From Akkermansia muciniphila (GTDB lineage: Bacteria > Verrucomicrobiota > Verrucomicrobiia > Opitutales > UBA953), in the NCBI GenBank assembly GCA_945878755.1, contig CAMDWM010000002.1, positions 75-64,074 of the forward strand: DNA of 64,000 nucleotides. The letters run 5' to 3'. Position 1 is the stretch's first letter. Each line of letters begins with the position of its first letter. Shown piece by piece: positions 58,104-64,000 of the stretch. The notes beneath the pieces are model-generated. The model had not been told where the DNA came from and searched no databases. It saw nothing but the letters and a program-made list of their open reading frames with translations. The position numbers and the translations under genes are program-made.

Positions 58104-58961
58104 ATGTCGTCCGTCCAGCCTCCCGAAGGCGAGAACGTCGTCTCGCTTCAAAACATCAGCCGCAACTTCCTGTCGATGCTGCAGCGCCAGCACGACATGC
58201 TTGCCTATAGCCTCGCCGGTCTCCGTACCGCCGACCCGAAGGCTTACGCCTACTACTCCACGGTTTCGCGCGTGATGCCTGCCCCGCAGGTGCACCTGCC
58301 GCACGATCAGATGTTGGCTTACGCTCGTAATCTTATGCTGCGCACCAGCATCAACGACCTAATCGGCCTCTCGGCGGAGTGCATGAATCACTGTCACTTG
58401 CTCTGCACCCTCATTCGTGTGCGCGGCAAGCAGCAACAGGTCTCGCCGGATCTCGATAAACAGATTGCACAAAAGCACGAGGCGTTCACGCGCATGAACC
58501 TCCAAGAAAAGTTCAACGAATTGGAAGCGACTTTTGATATCATCTGCGACCTAGAAGATGGCATTTTTAGCCTCGCGGCCGCCCTGCGCGTCTTAGTCCG
58601 TGGTGGCATGGTTACCAACGATGACATCACGCCCGACGGCTCGCTGACCTTAGAGTTCAAAGCGATGAAGGACGTTGAAGTGCCCAACGACTCGCCCGAG
58701 GACTTACCCGAGAACACGCCCGTCGAGCGCCCCCTCGGCCTCACGGGCACTCCGCAAGTGAACCTAACCGGTGGACTGAATAAGGCGACCAAGACGATCT
58801 CGAAGCTTTCTGATACCCAGCGCACCTTCCGTCCCGGCGAGATGCTCGACTTGACCGATGAAGAAGTGCTCGGGCTGAACATCACCGTCGCTAAGTTCTT
58901 TGATGGCCTCTTCCGTTCGGTCGAACACTACGGCCGGTCCTCGCTGGGCGACCCTTCGTAA
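58104..58961 (+). CDS. Hypothetical protein (no recognisable domain)
   Basis: 285 aa. Codon usage looks like that of its neighbours. It is embedded in a co-directional string, 2 nt after the upstream stop and 9 nt before the next start. Confidence 0.5.
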   Translation: MSSVQPPEGENVVSLQNISRNFLSMLQRQHDMLAYSLAGLRTADPKAYAYYSTVSRVMPAPQVHLPHDQMLAYARNLMLRTSINDLIGLSAECMNHCHLLCTLIRVRGKQQQVSPDLDKQIAQKHEAFTRMNLQEKFNELEATFDIICDLEDGIFSLAAALRVLVRGGMVTNDDITPDGSLTLEFKAMKDVEVPNDSPEDLPENTPVERPLGLTGTPQVNLTGGLNKATKTISKLSDTQRTFRPGEMLDLTDEEVLGLNITVAKFFDGLFRSVEHYGRSSLGDPS

Positions 58962-58970
58962 GTCCGCTCC

Positions 58971-60248
58971 ATGGATGCGCCGGCCCAGATCACCCGACCG
59001 CGCCTAGCTTGGCTCTGGGTCGTCGGTGGCTTTCTGTTCCAAGCGCTACCGGCGGCGATCAGGGAAGAAGCCCTGCCCGTTGCGCTCAAGAACATCGGTA
59101 TTTCGAATACCCGCATCACCCAAGTGGTGGCGATCCTCGGCCTGGCCGTCGCGGTCAAGATTCTCTGGGCACCCTTGATGCCGCTGACTGGCCCGACCAG
59201 GCGGTTCATCCTCATCGCCCAAGCCTGCCTGCTGCTCGCCCTCCTCGGCTTGGCCGTACTCGTCGGACAAGCGTCCCAATCAACGATTCTAATTCTCGGC
59301 ACCTTAACCCTGATTTCCGTTTTGTCGGCCGGCCACGACTACGCCCTGGATGGTTACTTTGTCTCTTCCTTAGACGACCAAGGACGGGCCAAGCATTCGG
59401 GCTTACTCAACTTCGCTTCCAAAACCGGCCAAGTCATTGCGGGCCCTGGTCTGATTTGGTGGGCGGGCCACCAAATGAGCCAGAACGTTGCCGCTAATGA
59501 CGCGTGGCAAGGCGCCCTGCTACTCGCCATTGGCGTCGGAGCCCTCGCTTGGGCGGCTAATCAATACGCGTTTCGGCGTGAGCCCGCGATGGCTATCCCC
59601 ACGGCGACGTTCGGCGACCGGTTGGCCGGGATGCTCGGAGCCTTACGAGACATGGTCCGCGACCCGCGCTTCCCGGCTTTGCTCGGACTCATCTTCTTCT
59701 ATCGCGCAAGTGAAATCCACATGGCACGAGTGCTGCCTTTATTCGCAATCTCTACCGCTGCCGAAGGGGGCTTGGCCCTCGGTAACGAAACCTATGCGGT
59801 GCTGCGTATCCCCACGGCTATATTGGGCCTAGCCCTCGGCGGGCTCTTTGGGTCGTTCATCGTCACCCAGCGTGGCTTAGCAAAGTCGCTGCTCCCGCTA
59901 GGCTTGCTCATGCACTTGCCCTTGCTGGGCATCGCCTGGCTAGCCGCCAACCCGCTAGTTAACCTACCGACCATCAGCGCACTCTTCTTCATCGAATATT
60001 TCGCTTACGGTGCCGGGCTCTGCGCGTTACTTCTGGCGATGATGAAAATGGCCGCCGGCGAAGAAGCGGCCACCCGTTATGCCCTGCTCTCGACCATCGC
60101 TTTAGTAGCCAGCTACCTGCCGGGATTGTGGGCCGGCAGCCTGGCCCAACAGCTCGGCTACGCCCACTACTTCCTCTTCGCACTGGCCCTCGCTATCCCC
60201 GGACTGCTCGCTGCTTATTGGGGGCGACGGGCGTTTAGCGAAGGCTAA
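58971..60248 (+). CDS. ampG: AmpG-family MFS permease (muropeptide transporter-like)
   Basis: 425 aa with multiple TM spans. Blocks align by eye with E. coli AmpG: VKILWAPLM vs FKFLWSPLM, SAGHDYALDG vs SASQDIVFDA, and YFLFALALAIPGLL vs FYLFSVAAAVPGLI. Confidence 0.7.
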   Translation: MDAPAQITRPRLAWLWVVGGFLFQALPAAIREEALPVALKNIGISNTRITQVVAILGLAVAVKILWAPLMPLTGPTRRFILIAQACLLLALLGLAVLVGQASQSTILILGTLTLISVLSAGHDYALDGYFVSSLDDQGRAKHSGLLNFASKTGQVIAGPGLIWWAGHQMSQNVAANDAWQGALLLAIGVGALAWAANQYAFRREPAMAIPTATFGDRLAGMLGALRDMVRDPRFPALLGLIFFYRASEIHMARVLPLFAISTAAEGGLALGNETYAVLRIPTAILGLALGGLFGSFIVTQRGLAKSLLPLGLLMHLPLLGIAWLAANPLVNLPTISALFFIEYFAYGAGLCALLLAMMKMAAGEEAATRYALLSTIALVASYLPGLWAGSLAQQLGYAHYFLFALALAIPGLLAAYWGRRAFSEG

Positions 60249-62800
60249 ACCTTTTTAGGCAGGACGACTAAAGTCTGCGCGAGTTGGGGATCAAGATAGC
60301 GCTGAGCAAAAGACTGGACGGACCGTCCATCCGTTGCGGCCATGCGTCGATCCCACTCGGCATCGAAGTTAGCGCCCAATCCGACCAGTTCGCGCACCAT
60401 GGCATTCTGCATCCGCGTACCGGCGGATTGACGGCCCTGGCGACGGCTCACTCGCAGGCGACGCTTAGCGTCTTCAATTTCCTCCGGCTTAAACTGGCCT
60501 TTACGGAGGCGTACGAGTTCGGACTCCATTTCCTGGAGGACTTCTTGCGCAGCTTCGGCCGTGGTGCCGGCATACAAGTAGAACATGCCTTGGTCGACGG
60601 TCTCGACGCGGGTCGCCCCAACGAAATAGGCCAACCCCTTCTCCTCGCGGACGCGATGGAAGAGGCCACTGGCCATGCCGCTGAGTAATTCTTCCGCAAT
60701 GTTAGCGGATGTCACGAGGTCGGGGCCGAAGCCGCAATGCGGGTAGGCCACGCAAACAACGGCCTGCTCTCCGACCGCTTCATGGCGCTCACTTTGGGCT
60801 TTCCGCGGGGCGTGGGTGGTTAACCCTTTGGTGTCAAAGCCAACCTTAGGGAGATGCCCGAAGCGGGCCTTGACGAAGTCCAAGGCCATCTGGCGATCGT
60901 AGGAACCGCTGATGCCCACCACCAGATTACCTGCCACGACGAGTTGCTGATGTAAGCTCGCCAAATCGGCAGTCGCAATCGCCGCTAAAGTCTCCGGTGT
61001 CCCCGAAGCATCGACGCCGAGGGGGTGGTCACCGAAGAACTGCTGTAGGAGACGCAGGCGTGCTTTTTCGACAATATCGTCCTCGGCCTCACGACAGGCC
61101 GCGATGGCGGCGGAGCGTTCCGTTTCAAAGGTTTCGGGTAATAACTTAGGGCAGAGTACCCCGTCGGTGACGAGCTCCGCAATCTTCGCGAAGTCCGAGC
61201 TCAGGGCTTCGCCCCAAACGCCGCAGGTGATTTGCGAACCGTAATCCGCAAACGTTGCCCCCATCGCATCGACCTGACTCGCAACTTCTTCTTTAGTGCG
61301 CTTGGCCGTATCACGGGTGAGCAAGGTCGATAACAAACCAGTAGTCCCACGCTTGCTGGCCTCTTCGTAAGCCGTGCCAGCCGCCACAAACACCCCGAAG
61401 CCCGCCTTGGGGATGGCTTCATCAGGCTGCAGGAGGACGCGGACGCCGTTTGCGAGCGTGATGAGTTCAAAGGTTTCGGAAGCAGGCGTCGGGCGCCGAG
61501 CTAGCACGACTTCTGCGGCCTTCTGTCCGCGCATGGTCGCTTGGGTCACGGTCTCGGGCTTCAACCACTGCCGGGCAGACTTAGTGAGTTCTTCCGGCGT
61601 GACTTTGGCGAGTTCCTCGACGCCGCGGCGCGGCCAAGAGATATCATGGCCCACACACGCGGCGTAACCATAACGCGCCACGGCGGCATGGATGTTCTTC
61701 AGGCCGTTGACCATCGCGACGACGGACTGACGGCGCACCTTATCCAATTGGGTTTGCGAAACGCCTTTCTGGAGAAGTCCATCGATGACTTCAAAATAAG
61801 CCCGCTCAACTGCCGCCGCATCGGTGCCGGCATCGCCAATCCAGCTCAACCAGGCTAAGCCGACATCGCGGATACCCATGACTTGGGCATCGATCGCATG
61901 CACGAGTTTGCGCTTCTCCCGGAGCTCATCCCAAAGCAAGGAGCTGTTCCCAGAACCCAGGACACCGAGGCATAAGTCCAGCGGCGCTCGACCTTGCTCG
62001 AAGAAGCCCGGGACACGCCACGTCGCCACGCCCTTAGTGGTCGAGACATCGCGAACCAAGTCACAGCGGCGGGGGCCCGCTTGGGGCGGTTCAAAGGCGG
62101 GAATCACCTCGAGGCCTGGGCGACGGGAGAAGCGCGCAAACCAACGTTCCGCTGAAGCAAAAGCTTCCTCTGGCTCCATGGAGCCACCCAGAGCGAGCAC
62201 GACATTACTCGGGGTGTAGCGACCGGCATGATAGGCCCGGAGATCCTCGGGTGTAATCCGGATAAAGAGTTCGCGGTGTCCGATAATCGGATGACGCATC
62301 GGGTGATTCCGCAAGGTCTCTGCCAGCACCTGCTCAGCCAAAATGCTGTCGTGCTCATCATCGCGCATCGCGATTTCGCGGAGGATTACCTCGCGCTCCA
62401 TCTTGCAGTCCGCGTCAGAAATCAACGGGTCGAAGACCATCTCGGACAAAGCCTCCATCGCGGCTTCAAAGCCCTCCTGCGGCGCATCGATGTGGTAGAC
62501 GGTGCGATCAAAGGTGGTGTAGGCGTTGGAATTACCGCCCGAACGGTGGACGGCTTCGGTCAGTTCACGGTTCGTAAAACGCCCAGTGCCCTTAAAGACC
62601 ATGTGTTCTAGGTAATGCGAAATGCCGGAGCCTTCCCAGCGCCCTTCCTGTGCGCTCCCAGTCCGCACCCATGCCTGGACCGTACATAAGCCAATGTGCG
62701 GACGGTGCACGTAGATGACCTCCAAGCCGTTCGCGAGTATGCGTCTTTCGGGGTCGGGGCCGGCAATCTGACTGAAGCTAAGGCCTTCAAGAAATGACAT
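60245..62800 (-). CDS. M16-family (pitrilysin/insulinase-like) zinc peptidase, double-length
   Basis: Start chosen at MSFLEGL (851 aa). Inverted zinc motif HYLEHMVFKGT. A second, inactive-type M16 half follows. Confidence 0.85.
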   Translation of the reverse strand: MSFLEGLSFSQIAGPDPERRILANGLEVIYVHRPHIGLCTVQAWVRTGSAQEGRWEGSGISHYLEHMVFKGTGRFTNRELTEAVHRSGGNSNAYTTFDRTVYHIDAPQEGFEAAMEALSEMVFDPLISDADCKMEREVILREIAMRDDEHDSILAEQVLAETLRNHPMRHPIIGHRELFIRITPEDLRAYHAGRYTPSNVVLALGGSMEPEEAFASAERWFARFSRRPGLEVIPAFEPPQAGPRRCDLVRDVSTTKGVATWRVPGFFEQGRAPLDLCLGVLGSGNSSLLWDELREKRKLVHAIDAQVMGIRDVGLAWLSWIGDAGTDAAAVERAYFEVIDGLLQKGVSQTQLDKVRRQSVVAMVNGLKNIHAAVARYGYAACVGHDISWPRRGVEELAKVTPEELTKSARQWLKPETVTQATMRGQKAAEVVLARRPTPASETFELITLANGVRVLLQPDEAIPKAGFGVFVAAGTAYEEASKRGTTGLLSTLLTRDTAKRTKEEVASQVDAMGATFADYGSQITCGVWGEALSSDFAKIAELVTDGVLCPKLLPETFETERSAAIAACREAEDDIVEKARLRLLQQFFGDHPLGVDASGTPETLAAIATADLASLHQQLVVAGNLVVGISGSYDRQMALDFVKARFGHLPKVGFDTKGLTTHAPRKAQSERHEAVGEQAVVCVAYPHCGFGPDLVTSANIAEELLSGMASGLFHRVREEKGLAYFVGATRVETVDQGMFYLYAGTTAEAAQEVLQEMESELVRLRKGQFKPEEIEDAKRRLRVSRRQGRQSAGTRMQNAMVRELVGLGANFDAEWDRRMAATDGRSVQSFAQRYLDPQLAQTLVVLPKKV

Positions 62801-62940
62801 GCTGTCAGGTATGCCCCTCAAGCAGGCGGGCGCAAGCGTCTGGCGTGGGTTATTTACCGTGTCTTTCCCCGCGCGCTTCGTCACCTCGGGCCAGCCAGAA
62901 GCGTTGCAGCGGGTGCAGTAAATCAACAATGCCATTGAAA

Positions 62941-62979
62941 AACAAGGGGAGCCCCCCTATCCCCTTCTTTCCCCTTGTT
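62941..62979. repeat. Perfect 10-bp inverted repeat with a 19-nt C-rich loop in the M16-peptidase/prfB divergent spacer
   Basis: AACAAGGGGA (62941-62950) pairs with TCCCCTTGTT (62970-62979). The loop carries a second CCCCTT (62961-62966) that could pair with the same AAGGGG. It lies 35-73 nt upstream of the prfB ATG. Confidence 0.5.
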
Positions 62980-63013
62980 CCAAGGGTCTCTTCGGCCTTC
63001 CCGCTCTTCGTCC

Positions 63014-64000
63014 ATGTATATCCCCCCTGAAATCCGTGCCCATCTTGAGGAGGTTGAGCGCCGCTCCGGCTACCTCTGGAAGTTCCTAGATGTCGCCGGC
63101 AAGCAGGTATTGATTGGTAAGCTGGAAGAACAGATGACTGTCCCTAACTTCTGGGATAGCCAGAAGTCCGCTCAGAAGGTCATCTCCGAGTGCAACAGCT
63201 ATAAGACGATCATCAGCCCCCAAATTATCTTTCGCCGGAGACTCGAGGATGCCAAGACCTTGGCCGAACTAATCGTCGAGTCTCCCGACGGCTCCGCCGA
63301 CGCCGAGGTCGAAGAGCTGCGCACCCTCGCCAGCGACATGCTGGCTGAAGTCGCCGAACTCGAAATTGCCTCCTTCCTTTCCGGCTTGCATGACAAGTCT
63401 AACGCCATCGTCACCGTGAAGGCCGGCGCGGGCGGTACGGAATCCAACGACTGGGCTGATCTACTCTTCCGCATGTATACCCGCTGGGCCGAACGCCGCG
63501 GCTTCAAGGTTGAAATCGAAGACGTCGCCGAAGGCGAAGGCGCGGGTATCAGCCAAGCGACCTTCCGCCTCGAAGGCCCTAACGCCTACGGTTACATCAA
63601 GGCCGAACGTGGCGTCCATCGGCTCGTCCGTATCTCCCCTTTCGACGCGAATGCGCGTCGCCACACGTCGTTCGCCTCCGTCGACGTGGTCGCCGAAATC
63701 GACGACGACATTGAAATCGAAATTGAAGAAGCTGACCTCCGGGTCGACGTCTATCGCTCCAGCGGTAAAGGCGGCCAGCACGTTAATAAGACCGAATCAG
63801 CGGTCCGCCTCACACACATCCCCACCGGCATCGTGGTGGCTTGCCAACGCGAACGCTCGCAGGTCAAGAACCGGGCCTTGGCGATGAAGATCCTCCGCGC
63901 CCGTATCTACGAAAAGACCCTCGACGACAAGCGCGCCGAGATGGAGAAGTACTACGGCGAAAAGGGTGATATCGGCTGGGGTAATCAGATTCGATCCTAC
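63014..64000 (+). CDS. prfB: Peptide chain release factor 2, 5' part (runs off the right edge), single uninterrupted frame
   Basis: Not in the ORF track because there is no in-window stop. My own translation from the ATG at 63014 gives 329 codons without a stop. It includes the RF2-specific SPF motif ([18 protein letters not shown]) and [24 protein letters not shown] (GGQ). Confidence 0.9.
   Translation, partial: MYIPPEIRAHLEEVERRSGYLWKFLDVAGKQVLIGKLEEQMTVPNFWDSQKSAQKVISECNSYKTIISPQIIFRRRLEDAKTLAELIVESPDGSADAEVEELRTLASDMLAEVAELEIASFLSGLHDKSNAIVTVKAGAGGTESNDWADLLFRMYTRWAERRGFKVEIEDVAEGEGAGISQATFRLEGPNAYGYIKAERGVHRLVRISPFDANARRHTSFASVDVVAEIDDDIEIEIEEADLRVDVYRSSGKGGQHVNKTESAVRLTHIPTGIVVACQRERSQVKNRALAMKILRARIYEKTLDDKRAEMEKYYGEKGDIGWGNQIRSY

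Noticed and set aside
63014-63110. Expected programmed +1 frameshift site in prfB.
   Set aside because: I looked for it but did not find it. The frame is continuous with no in-frame UGA near codon 25. The absence is reported as a low-interest finding rather than a frameshift feature.

Overview
This is a GC-rich (roughly 55-60% by eye, not computed), very compact chromosomal core segment. About 97% is coding, with about 61 protein genes and one ncRNA. The family content suggests a Verrucomicrobiota/PVC-type bacterium, but this is a low-confidence inference from a Minf_1886-like small protein, a DUF721 protein with an FSRxV..L..LRG start, and mostly Shine-Dalgarno-free leaders.

The genes are overwhelmingly housekeeping:
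- Cofactor synthesis: nadB, panE, panD, ribE, and a lipoate-ligase-like gene.
- DNA metabolism: mutS, recR, ybaB, topoisomerase III, an SNF2 helicase and PIN-PhoH.
- Central metabolism: sucA-sucB-lpdA.
- Translation: valS, rimO, rsmA and prfB.
- Envelope: lpxK, an LpxR-like protein, an Mla/MCE lipid-transport set, AmpG-like and tatA.
- Polyphosphate: ppk and a Ppx/GppA-like gene.
- An amino-sugar cluster.

I found no CRISPR array, transposase, integrase, prophage genes, tRNA or rRNA, and no recognisable defence island.

Two real features are absent from the supplied ORF track:
- A small SRP (4.5S) RNA lies on the minus strand in the only large gap (40.7-41.0 kb).
- prfB (63014 to the right edge) is missing because it has no stop inside the window.

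I do not see a compelling novel multi-gene system of the defence or mobile type. The best candidates for follow-up are modest:
1. A six-gene amino-sugar cluster pairing a PIG-L deacetylase/kinase/NagB arm with a NahK-like kinase/nucleotidyltransferase/epimerase arm.
2. A translationally coupled LpxR-like / Ppx-like / variant SCO / tandem HxHP-protein operon.
3. An in-frame HAD phosphatase-DUF721 (DciA-like) fusion.
4. A window-wide architecture in which all ten convergent gene pairs abut or overlap.
5. An eight-gene string joining Mla-type lipid transport to an orphan protein, a divergent SPOUT protein and an AmpG-like permease.

All product calls rest on motifs recognised by eye. No database search was run.
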